A DNA stretch of 64,000 nucleotides, taken from assembly GCA_964597885.1 (NCBI GenBank), contig CAZQZX010000001.1, positions 9,849 to 73,848 on the forward strand, given 5' to 3'. The translations under genes and the position numbers were made by a program. Of the stretch, positions 28,186 to 36,642 are shown piece by piece. The notes under the pieces are model-generated. The model was not told the DNA's origin and did no database searches. It worked only from the letters and a program-made list of their open reading frames with translations. The stretch is from an uncultured Planctomycetota bacterium (GTDB lineage Bacteria > Planctomycetota > JACOTG01 > JAUIME01). Each line of letters opens with the position of its first letter. The stretch's first letter is position 1.

Positions 28186-28768
28186 GGTGGATGCGAACGG
28201 GGCAGGAGAGACGGTGCTCGGACGCCGGAAGACGCGAGATTCGATCGACGAGACAGCCGGGGAGTGGGAGCGTCGGGCCCTCGAGGCACGACCGCGCCTG
28301 GTCTCGATCGCCGAGCGTGTCTTGCGGCATCGCGGAGACGCGGAGGACACGGCGGACGAAGCGATCAGCCGTCTCGCCCGCGAGCTTCGCGGGGGCGTCC
28401 AGTTCGTCGAGATCGAGCCCTGGCTCGTGAGGACGACCCTGCATCTCGCGATCGACCGCGCGCGTCAGTGGGTTCGGCGCAACGCGAAGCTTCACGATCT
28501 GTGGCGCTCGCGTCGGGCCGAGTCGGATCCGCGGGCCGAGGCCGAGAAGGCGGAGGCTCGCGAGGAAGTCTGGCGGCGGATCCTCGAGCTGCCCGAGAAG
28601 CGCCAGCAGGTCGTGGTGCTTCGGGACATGGAAGGGCTCGCGTACGCGGAAGTCGCTCGGATCCTCGGGATCCGGGAGTCGACGGCCCGGGCGCACGTCT
28701 ACGCGGCGCGCGAAGAGCTTCGCCGCAAGCTCGCACGATACGTGCGAGCGGAAGGGAATGACGGATGA
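28186..28768 (+). CDS. ECF sigma factor (cassette 2), start uncertain (GTG 28186 or GTG 28134)
   Basis: Region 2 is EWERRALEARPRLVSIAERVLRHRGDAEDTADEAISRLARELRGG. Region 4 is LPEKRQQVVVLRDMEGLAYAEVARILGIRESTARAHVYAAREELRRKL. It is a paralogue of 25937..26434. Confidence 0.6.
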
Positions 28769-29241
28769 AAGAAGAACACGAAGAGTCGAGCCGACGAGCG
28801 ATCGATGAGCGGTTGCACCGCGCGGTCGACGGCGAGCTGTCGGACGCGGAGTCGAGGGCCCTCGACGAAGCGCTCGATCGCGAACCGGAGCTGCGTGGCG
28901 AGCTGACCGAGCTCGAGAGCCTGCGCGATCTCATCTCCGACGTCGGGAGCTCGCCTCGCTTCGAGGCGGCCCCCGAGGGCCGTGCGCCGCTGCACGTTGG
29001 GTTACGCCGCTTCACGTCTTTTGCGGCAGCTGCGGCCGTGCTGCTGCTCGCGGGTGTGCTCGTGCTGCGTACGGATCGCGACCGCACCTCGCCGGACGGC
29101 GTCGAACCGGTCGGCCCGGACGCGCCGGCGGCCTCGCTCGAGATGCGCGTTGCGGAAGGAGAGGCGAGCCCGATGGTCGTCCCGCTGCCGAGTCGGCAGC
29201 CGGATGTCCACATCTTCTGGGTCTACCCCTTCGAGTCCTGA
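28765..29241 (+). CDS. Membrane-anchored anti-sigma factor (cassette 2)
   Basis: ATGA overlap with the sigma gene. Acidic N-terminal helix, TM helix (FAAAAAVLLLAGVLVL) and a short periplasmic tail. Confidence 0.55.
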   Translation: MKEEHEESSRRAIDERLHRAVDGELSDAESRALDEALDREPELRGELTELESLRDLISDVGSSPRFEAAPEGRAPLHVGLRRFTSFAAAAAVLLLAGVLVLRTDRDRTSPDGVEPVGPDAPAASLEMRVAEGEASPMVVPLPSRQPDVHIFWVYPFES

Positions 29242-29299
29242 GACTGACAAGACGAATCAATTCGCTCTCTCCCGAGAGAAGAGAAAGGAGCTTGGACCG

Positions 29300-30232
29300 A
29301 TGAAGTCACCGAGAACCGCGGTTTGGATGCTGCTCGTGGTGCTGCTTGGAACGTTGCCGTCGACGCTGTGCGCGCAGGATGGGCAGGGCAACGGGATCGA
29401 AGAGCTCGTCATCAAGACCTATGCGCTCGAGCACGCCCGTGCCTCCGATGTGGCCGGCGTCCTCGAGAGCGTCATCATCGGAAACTTCCGGATCGTGCCC
29501 GAGATGCGAACCAACCGCCTCATCGTGTCGGCCGGTGCTTCGCTTCACGCGAAGATGGTGGACACCATCACGACGCTCGATCGGCCGGTGAAGCAGGCCG
29601 CGGTGGCGCCGGGGACGGTCACCGAGATCCTCACGCCGCGGCATCGTCCGGTGAGCGCGCTCCTCGAGACGCTGCAGATGAACCTGTCGCGCGGCGGCCG
29701 CATCGTCGCCGACGAAGCGCGCAACGCGATCGTCGTCCGGGACGAAGCCGACAACGTGCGCTCGGTGAAGGCGCTCATGAACGACCTCGACGTCGCTTCG
29801 CGAGGGCTGTCGCTGCAGTTTCTGATCCTCGGCCCGGGCGGGCAGGATATGTCGAAGGTCCCGGATGCGAAGAAGGTGACCTCGGAGCTCGAATCCCTCG
29901 GCCTGAGCGGCTACGGGATCCGCGGGCGGGCGGCCGTCCGCTCCGTCGAGATGTCGAAGTTCGGCGCCGAGGGAATGTTCGACCGCGGCATGGTCTCGAT
30001 CGACGGGCGCGTGCGGCTGGTCCCGGATGGCGGCATCGCCGAGCTCGATCTGCGGGCGAAGATCAGCCTCGACATCGAGGTCGAGGACGCCCGCAAGATG
30101 GTCCCCGCGGTGGCGCAGATCACTTCGACGCTTCGGGTTCCGCTCGGGCATCTCGTGGTCGTCGGCCTGGCGCCGGCCGGGGGCGAGCCGAGCGAGCCGC
30201 TGGTCCTCGTGGTGCGCGCGGTCGCGGAATAG
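29300..30232 (+). CDS. Mini-secretin: secreted 310-aa protein with two Secretin_N-like domains and a secretin-family C-domain
   Basis: ATG at 29300 with an AAAGGAG RBS. Signal peptide [26 protein letters not shown]. The two Secretin_N-like repeats are [24 protein letters not shown]...[23 protein letters not shown] and LETLQMNL...[23 protein letters not shown]. The C-terminus is HLVVVGLAP...LVLVVRAV. Confidence 0.6.
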   Translation: MKSPRTAVWMLLVVLLGTLPSTLCAQDGQGNGIEELVIKTYALEHARASDVAGVLESVIIGNFRIVPEMRTNRLIVSAGASLHAKMVDTITTLDRPVKQAAVAPGTVTEILTPRHRPVSALLETLQMNLSRGGRIVADEARNAIVVRDEADNVRSVKALMNDLDVASRGLSLQFLILGPGGQDMSKVPDAKKVTSELESLGLSGYGIRGRAAVRSVEMSKFGAEGMFDRGMVSIDGRVRLVPDGGIAELDLRAKISLDIEVEDARKMVPAVAQITSTLRVPLGHLVVVGLAPAGGEPSEPLVLVVRAVAE

Positions 30233-30332
30233 CCGCTCGCGGCGGGAAGCCGTATACTGGTCCGTCGGTGGCTCGCCGCCGGCGGGCCGGTCGCTACGGA
30301 TACACTTCCCCCGTTTTCGCGGAGCTGATTCC

Positions 30333-31043
30333 ATGATTTCCACGCGCGGACCCCTCGTATCGCTGCTTGCGATGATCGCCGTTCTCGTCCTCGCCCCGAG
30401 CGCCGTGCGCGCGCAGGGCGACGTCGACCTTTCGAAGCTGCCGCCGGATCCGGCGAAGCTCGAGAAGAAGCTCTCCTCGTCGCCGACGTCCCTCGCGAAG
30501 GCCATCGAGCTCGCGAAGGCGTCGTTCGACGGTGCAAGCGCGGCCGTCGGCTCGGCGCGCGCCTACCAGAAGACCGGCAAGTCGCTGATCGACGTGATCG
30601 TGTACAGCGGCGGCGGCAAGTGGCGCGTCACGATCGACGCGGCGGCGGGCAAGGTCCTCACGAAGGATCCCGTGTCGCGATTCCCGGGCGCGCCCACGAA
30701 GGGCGAGATGGTCACGACCGACTCGGGTCTCATGTACTACGACATGGTCGTCGGCGACGGGAAGAAGCCCGCGAGCGCCACGTCGCGCGTGAAGGTGCAC
30801 TACTCGGGCTGGACCGTCGACGGCAAGATGTTCGACAGCTCCGTGGAACGCGGTCGCCCGGCGTCGTTCGGCCTGAATCAGGTCATCAAGGGGTGGACCG
30901 AAGGCGTGCAGTCGATGAAGGTCGGCGGCAAGCGCAAGCTCATCATCCCGTACCAGCTCGCCTACGGTGAGCGCGGTCGTCCGGGCGCGATCCCGCCGAA
31001 GGCGATGCTCGTCTTCGACATCGAGCTGCTCGACATCCTCTAG
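30333..31043 (+). CDS. FKBP-type peptidyl-prolyl cis-trans isomerase (periplasmic, FkpA/Mip-like)
   Basis: Signal peptide, then a C-terminal FKBP domain ([63 protein letters not shown]...[11 protein letters not shown]). Confidence 0.8.
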   Translation: MISTRGPLVSLLAMIAVLVLAPSAVRAQGDVDLSKLPPDPAKLEKKLSSSPTSLAKAIELAKASFDGASAAVGSARAYQKTGKSLIDVIVYSGGGKWRVTIDAAAGKVLTKDPVSRFPGAPTKGEMVTTDSGLMYYDMVVGDGKKPASATSRVKVHYSGWTVDGKMFDSSVERGRPASFGLNQVIKGWTEGVQSMKVGGKRKLIIPYQLAYGERGRPGAIPPKAMLVFDIELLDIL

Positions 31044-31073
31044 GAACGAGCGTCTCTTCTCAGCCAGAACTCG

Positions 31074-31109
31074 AGCGCACGCTCTCAGCTCTTCTTGAGA
31101 GCGTGCGCT
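31074..31109. terminator. Bidirectional terminator hairpin (14-bp perfect stem AGCGCACGCTCTCA / TGAGAGCGTGCGCT, 8-nt loop)
   Basis: It lies between the convergent FKBP (+, stop 31041-31043) and DUF2237 (-) genes. The stem includes the DUF2237 stop codon at 31085-31087. Confidence 0.5.
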
Positions 31110-31450
31110 TGCAGGTCCTCGAGATCGATGAACTCGAGCGTCGACACGTGCGTCGCCTCGAGATGAACGGGCGGCGCGATGTCGTTCTCGAGGGCTTCCC
31201 TCCAGCGCAGCGCGCACAGGCACCATCGATCGCCGGGCTTGAGCCCGGGGAACTCCGCAGCCGGCACCGGCGTGGTGAGATCGTTGCCCCGGGACTTCGA
31301 GAACTCGAGGAACTCCGCCGTGACCTCCGCGCAGACGGTGTGCAGGCCGACGTCGCCGCGTCCCGTGTTGCAGCATCCGTCCCGGAAGAAGCCGGTCTTG
31401 GGCGAGAGGCTGCAGGTTTCGAGCTTGGTGCCGAGTACGTTGCGGGCCAT
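31085..31450 (-). CDS. DUF2237-family protein
   Basis: MARNVLGTKLETCSLSPKTGFFRDGCCNTGRGDVGLHTVCAEVTAEFLEFSKSRGNDLTTP...GDRWCLCALRWREA matches the conserved DUF2237 pattern. Confidence 0.6.
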   Translation of the reverse strand: MARNVLGTKLETCSLSPKTGFFRDGCCNTGRGDVGLHTVCAEVTAEFLEFSKSRGNDLTTPVPAAEFPGLKPGDRWCLCALRWREALENDIAPPVHLEATHVSTLEFIDLEDLQAHALKKS

Positions 31451-31556
31451 GGAGATGTCACCTCGGTCTGCGGGGGGCCAGGAGTCGCGATCGTCGAGCG
31501 CCTAGCCTACGGATCGCAGCCGTGTCTGGCAAACGCGAAGGCGCGGTTCGTGCGAG

Positions 31557-32474
31557 TCAGCCCCGGAGGTGCTCGAGGGACGTGCGCGCTTCGCGAACGA
31601 GCTCGCGATCGTCGATGTCGGCGCCGTAGAGCAGGATCATGATCGCGGAGAAGAGCGCCTTGAAGCGAGCGACGCGCCAGGTATCGGGGTCGACGGGTCC
31701 GTAGGCGTCGAGAAAGGCCTCGGAGGCCGAGGGCGGAAGGAACCCGCGGGCGACCGACAGATCGATGGCCCGATCGCCGACGTGGACGTCGCCCCAGTCG
31801 ATGACGCCGCAGGGATCGCCCGTCTCATCGACGAGAAGATGGCGCGCGTAGAGGTCGCCATGGACGAGCGTCGTGCGTGCCGGCGTCCAGTCCGCGGGGA
31901 TATCGTCCGCGAGGCGGCTCCACTCGTCGGTGCGATCGAGCAGCCCGTTCTCGCGGCACTGCGCGAGCCGTTCTTCGACCTGCTCGCGCCGGTAGGGGAG
32001 GTCGAGGCGGCGCCAGGTATCGTGCGGCGCGCCCGCACCGACGGCATCGGCTTCCGGTACTGCGTGCAGCGTGCGGAGGAAGCGGCCGATCGGAGCGGCG
32101 ATGCGCCGACGCGTATCCTCGTCGAGGTCGGCGCGGCAGGCGGTCGTTCCCGGGATGCGTTCGTATCCGGCAAACGGCCAGTCGTCGTCCTCGTCGGGTT
32201 GTCCGACGAACGTCGCGGCCGAGATGGCGATCGGCAGCCGATCGACCAGGCTCGGCAGCAGACGCGTCTCGGCGTGGAGGAGCTCCACGGCAACCTCGCG
32301 GCGCGGGAAGCGGAAGACGAACCGATCGTTCACGAGGAACGCCCGGTTGTCCCAGCCCTCGCTGAACAGCGTCGCGCTCGTCGGCCGCAGCTCGGGAAAC
32401 TGGCGTTCGATCCGGCGTACGGCGGTTTCGGTCGACGTTTCGCGATCGGCGAGCCAGGGCTTCCCGTCGCTCAC
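31557..32474 (-). CDS. Aminoglycoside/choline kinase-type phosphotransferase (APH family)
   Basis: Brenner motif HGDLYARHLLVD and DWGDVHVGD (DxGD). FSEGWDNRAF is the N-lobe motif. Confidence 0.7.
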   Translation of the reverse strand: MSDGKPWLADRETSTETAVRRIERQFPELRPTSATLFSEGWDNRAFLVNDRFVFRFPRREVAVELLHAETRLLPSLVDRLPIAISAATFVGQPDEDDDWPFAGYERIPGTTACRADLDEDTRRRIAAPIGRFLRTLHAVPEADAVGAGAPHDTWRRLDLPYRREQVEERLAQCRENGLLDRTDEWSRLADDIPADWTPARTTLVHGDLYARHLLVDETGDPCGVIDWGDVHVGDRAIDLSVARGFLPPSASEAFLDAYGPVDPDTWRVARFKALFSAIMILLYGADIDDRELVREARTSLEHLRG

Positions 32475-33205
32475 CGCGCGTTCATCTCCTCGAGTCGACG
32501 CTTTGCGGCGTCGCGCCCCGGAACCGAGAAGATCGCGCGAACGTCATCGCTCACGATGTCGCTCATCGGCTCCTGCGTCCACTCGGCGTCCGAGCTCGGC
32601 TTGCTGTATTGCGTGCCGAAAACCTGTCCTTGCCCGAGGCTCTGCAGGTAGCGATCGAGGGCGGCGGCGCTCAGCCACTTGCCGGGCTCGTGACCGAGAA
32701 CCGCGGACGTGCTCGAGAGGATGTGAGCGAGGAGGAAATCCTCGGGCTCGCTTCCGTGCTGGAGCACCATCGCCGCGTGGTAGTAGTCTTGCGGCTGGGA
32801 AAGACCGCCTCGTTCGAGAATCTCACGGACGCGAGCCCGACGGTCGCGATCCGACTGCACGATCTCCTGGATCTCCTGCTGCGTCAGGTTGGACCAGTCC
32901 TTCTGACGGATTCCCTGGTCGGCCTCGAACAATCCGCGGAGGGCCAGCGAGACTTCAGAGGCGGTGTCGATGGCGCGAGGGGCCGCCTCCCGGGCAGGGC
33001 GCTCGGCGGTATCCTCGGTGAAGGTTCCGGTCGAGGGAGCCTCGGCGGGCTCCTTGGGCTCGGCACTCGTCTCGTCGGGGTGTTCGACCGCGGCCGAGGC
33101 TTCGGGGATGGCGGGCGCGGTCCGGCATCCGCCGATCAGGGCGGTCAGGACGATCAGGACGACTGTCGCCAGCGCGGTCCGTGGAGCGAGAATCGGGGGT
33201 CTCAT
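32471..33205 (-). CDS. Lipoprotein of unknown function
   Basis: ATG at 33205. The signal plus lipobox is MRPPILAPRTALATVVLIVLTALIGGC. The stop overlaps the APH start (ATGA). Confidence 0.55.
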   Translation of the reverse strand: MRPPILAPRTALATVVLIVLTALIGGCRTAPAIPEASAAVEHPDETSAEPKEPAEAPSTGTFTEDTAERPAREAAPRAIDTASEVSLALRGLFEADQGIRQKDWSNLTQQEIQEIVQSDRDRRARVREILERGGLSQPQDYYHAAMVLQHGSEPEDFLLAHILSSTSAVLGHEPGKWLSAAALDRYLQSLGQGQVFGTQYSKPSSDAEWTQEPMSDIVSDDVRAIFSVPGRDAAKRRLEEMNAR

Positions 33206-33283
33206 GGAAATCTCCGCATCAGGGCCCGTCTCGATGATCCGAACTCGCACCGATCGGGGCAAGAGGCTGATAGAATCGGGACC

Positions 33284-36200
33284 ATGAGCCGCATCGTCAA
33301 GCGCATCGCGAAGATCGCCGTCCTCGGGCTCCTGGTCGTGCTCCTGATCGGGGGGCTGCTCGGGCCTCGACTCGCGTCGGGTCTCGTGAAGTCGAAGGTC
33401 GTCGCGCTCCTCTCGGAGAAGGTGGACGGTTCCGTCACGATCGACGGTCTGTCGCTCGGGTGGCTCTCGGGGGTCTCTCTCCGCGGTCTCGTGGTGGAAG
33501 ATCCGGAAAGCGGAGCGCCCGCGCTCACGGTGACGAAGGCGACGGCGCATCCCGAGATCTTGCGGCTGATCGGTGGCGACATCATCGTGCGCGGCGTCGA
33601 GATCGAGGGAGTCGACGTCCACGCGGTGCGTCGCGACGGTGAGTGGAATCTCGCGCGGATCCTCGTACCGAGCGACGGCGGTGAGGCGCCGCCCGCAAAG
33701 CCGCGGCGCGGTCGACCCGGATCGATGCCGCAGACGCGCAATCCGACCGAGGTGCCGCCGCTCAGGATCGACGCGACGGTCCGCGACGTCACCGTTCGAC
33801 TCGACGAAGGCGACGGAGCCGAGCCGGTCACGATCCGGGCGATCGATCGGATGGAGGTCGACGTCAAGACGGGCGAGCCGATCCGCATCGATCTCGCGGG
33901 CCTCGACGGCGTCACGATCGACGGGACGCTCGACTTGTTCGACGGCGCGACGTTGCGCGACGAGCTCACGCGCAGCGGAAGCTTCGAGGTGCGCGCCTCG
34001 GATCGAGATCTCGAGTGGCTGCTCGCGCTCTTGCCCTCGAGCCTTCGGTCGCAGTTCGTGAATGAGGACGACGGCACTCCGCGGGTCGCGTTCGAGCGAG
34101 CGGATCTCGATCACACCGTGACGCTCGAGGGTTCCTCCCTGCGAGTGGCCGGCACCGCGGGCCTGAGCGATGTCGTCCTCGCGGCTGCGCGCGCCGCGTT
34201 CGAGGAAGGCGAGTCCGCCGAAGACGGTTCGGAAGGCGACGACTCGGCAAGCCGAGAGCCCGCGGCCCCGCGCGAGATCGACGCCCTCACGCTCACCGTG
34301 GATCTCGCGATCGCGCTCGGCGAGGATCCCTGGCCGACGGGCGATGTCCGACTCTCGACCGGCGAGGCGCTCGTCCCGATGGAGGGAGGCTCCGAACCGC
34401 TGCGCGTCGATTCGGTGGCCGCGCATGTCGTGCTCGGCGAGCGCAAGCAGATCCGGCTGAAGTCGTCGCGTATCGAGAGCGATGTGCTGGTCGCCGAGGT
34501 CACGGGTGCGCTCTCGCTCTTCGGCGAGTCTCCGAGCGGGACGGCCAACGTTCAAGGTTCGCTCGAGCTCGGAACGCTTTCGAAGGCGATGGCCGCGATT
34601 CCGGAATCGGGGGGCGAGGTCGAGCTCGAGGCGACGCTCCTTCCGGGCGATGCCGACGGGCGATTCGAGCTGCGCGGGACCGTACGGTCGGAAGCCGTCG
34701 AGACTCGCGCCGGCGAGGCGACGATCCGGGACGGGAACGTCGACCTGCAGTACGTCTTGATGTTCGACCCGGCCGAGATGTGGATCGGTATCGATCGCGT
34801 GACCTGGACATCGGATTTGCTGACGCTGCGGACGGAGGGCGGGGAGTTCCGTTCGATCGATGACTTCGACAACATGGCGGGGGTCGTCAAGATCGCGGCC
34901 GAGACCGAGCTCGCTCCGATCCGCGAGATGCTGCCCGAGGTTCTTCCGCGGGCGCTGCGTGGCCGCACGACGGTCCGAGGCGAGCTGTGGTCAGGGGTGG
35001 GGAAGAAGGCCGTCGACCTCTCCTTCACGGGGACGGGTCTCGCTCTCGAGGATGCCGAAGGACAGCCGCTCGAGCTGGGCGACGCCTCCGCGAAGGCCAC
35101 GATGTCGGTCGAAGGCCGCGAGCTCGACGTGCTCGAGCTGACCGCGGAGACGTCGGCCGCGAGCGTAACGGCGAAGGGGAAGCTCACGGGCCGCAAGGAG
35201 GCGCTGCCTCGCGGGGAGCTCGCGATCACCGCGCGCGCGTCGATCGAGCCGCTCCGCGCGATGCTCCCGACGGCACCCATCCCCGAGGGCCTGGCCGGGA
35301 TCTTCACGGTGGAGGGCACCGCGAAGTCGACGAAGAAGGTTGCGCTCGACCTCGGCGTCATGGGCTCGCGAGTCCGCCTCGCGGTGGACGACGAGGCCGA
35401 CAAGACGCTCGCCACGCGCGTGCGCGGTACGGTCGACCCCGAGACGCTGGCGATCGACTGCCCTCAGGTGCCGTTCTCGATCGACGGCATGAAGGGCACC
35501 GCTTCGGTCCGGATGACGCCGGGCGAGGATCTGGCGCTTGCGGGCCGCTTCGATCTGGGGCTGGAATCGCTTCGCGATGCGTTCGCGGTATATGCGCCCG
35601 ACGGCATCACGGCGACCGGCGATGGAACGATGACCTTTGACGTCTCGCTTCCGCTCGCGGAGGAGAGCACGCCGTCCGACCTGGTCGTCGACGCGACGCT
35701 CGCGGTCGAGCGGCTCGAGGTCGCGGACTGCGTCCTCGACGGGGCGAGCCTCGAGCTCGGCGTCGCGGACGGCGTCGCCGAGGTGCGCAACGGCAAGGCT
35801 CGGGTGAACGGCGGCGCCACGACGTTCGGCGGTCAGCTGCAGTACGCCGCGACCCCGCGCGTCGTGTTCGCGGAGCTCGATGCGAAGGGCGTCGGCGTTT
35901 CGGGCGAGACGCAGGGCATCCTCGCGCGCGTGATCCCGCTCTTCGCCGGAATCGGCGTCGTCGTCGAGGCGGCCACCGATCTGGACGTGGAGCTGACGGC
36001 ACAGGGCGCGGACGTCGAGGCCATGAAGCGATCGTTGCGCGGCGGGGGAACGATCGCCGTCCGGCAAGGGACGATTCGCGGCAACTCGCGGCTGACGCGC
36101 ATCCTCTCCGACCTCGGAGAGGAGGGGGACTTCGAGTTCGAGGAGTTCGCGTCCCGTTTCACGATCATGGACGGCGCCGTCCTGCAGGATCCGTTCGCGA

Positions 36201-36601
36201 TCCGTGCGAGGCAGGCCGAGCTCCGGTTGTCGGGTGTCGTGGCCTTCGACGGTCGACTCGACTACGCGATCGACGTGAAGCCGCTCGGCCAGAGCGCTCG
36301 CAACGTGCGGCGCTACGCGCGCATCCTCGACCCGGACGGCTACATCCCGTTCGGGCTCGGCGGCACGCTCGCCTCGCCGGCCGTCCGTGTTCCGAGCCCG
36401 GAGGATGTCGTGGAGAATGTCCTCGACGGCCTCCTCGATCGCGGCGTCGATCGGCTCCTTCGAGATCGTGATCGAGACGAGGAACGCGACAAGGAGCGCC
36501 GGAAGAAGCCCAAGGCCAACCCGAACAAGAAGAAGAAGAACGACAAGAAGAAGGAAGATCAGGAGAAGAAGAAAAAGAAGAAGAAGGACAAAGACGGCTA
36601 G
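33284..36601 (+). CDS. AsmA-family large exported protein (N-terminal TM anchor, AsmA_2-like C-region) with a poly-lysine C-terminal tail
   Basis: ATG at 33284 (MSRIVKRIAKIAVLGLLVVLLIGGLLG is a TM helix). 1105 aa rich in beta-strand character. The C-terminal block GTIRGNSRLTRILSDLG...LRLSGVVAFDGRLDYAIDVKPLG resembles AsmA C-terminal regions. The tail is KKKKNDKKKEDQEKKKKKKKDKDG. Confidence 0.5.
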   Translation: MSRIVKRIAKIAVLGLLVVLLIGGLLGPRLASGLVKSKVVALLSEKVDGSVTIDGLSLGWLSGVSLRGLVVEDPESGAPALTVTKATAHPEILRLIGGDIIVRGVEIEGVDVHAVRRDGEWNLARILVPSDGGEAPPAKPRRGRPGSMPQTRNPTEVPPLRIDATVRDVTVRLDEGDGAEPVTIRAIDRMEVDVKTGEPIRIDLAGLDGVTIDGTLDLFDGATLRDELTRSGSFEVRASDRDLEWLLALLPSSLRSQFVNEDDGTPRVAFERADLDHTVTLEGSSLRVAGTAGLSDVVLAAARAAFEEGESAEDGSEGDDSASREPAAPREIDALTLTVDLAIALGEDPWPTGDVRLSTGEALVPMEGGSEPLRVDSVAAHVVLGERKQIRLKSSRIESDVLVAEVTGALSLFGESPSGTANVQGSLELGTLSKAMAAIPESGGEVELEATLLPGDADGRFELRGTVRSEAVETRAGEATIRDGNVDLQYVLMFDPAEMWIGIDRVTWTSDLLTLRTEGGEFRSIDDFDNMAGVVKIAAETELAPIREMLPEVLPRALRGRTTVRGELWSGVGKKAVDLSFTGTGLALEDAEGQPLELGDASAKATMSVEGRELDVLELTAETSAASVTAKGKLTGRKEALPRGELAITARASIEPLRAMLPTAPIPEGLAGIFTVEGTAKSTKKVALDLGVMGSRVRLAVDDEADKTLATRVRGTVDPETLAIDCPQVPFSIDGMKGTASVRMTPGEDLALAGRFDLGLESLRDAFAVYAPDGITATGDGTMTFDVSLPLAEESTPSDLVVDATLAVERLEVADCVLDGASLELGVADGVAEVRNGKARVNGGATTFGGQLQYAATPRVVFAELDAKGVGVSGETQGILARVIPLFAGIGVVVEAATDLDVELTAQGADVEAMKRSLRGGGTIAVRQGTIRGNSRLTRILSDLGEEGDFEFEEFASRFTIMDGAVLQDPFAIRARQAELRLSGVVAFDGRLDYAIDVKPLGQSARNVRRYARILDPDGYIPFGLGGTLASPAVRVPSPEDVVENVLDGLLDRGVDRLLRDRDRDEERDKERRKKPKANPNKKKKNDKKKEDQEKKKKKKKDKDG

Positions 36602-36642
36602 CCGCATCGCCGAATCTACGCTCGATGTCCCGGCGACTCTTC

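Noticed and set aside
32609-33283. 5' extension of the AsmA-like ORF, giving 1330 aa from 32609
   Set aside because: The extension overlaps the convergent APH and lipoprotein genes and is Gly/Arg-rich. The ATG at 33284 begins a clean TM helix.
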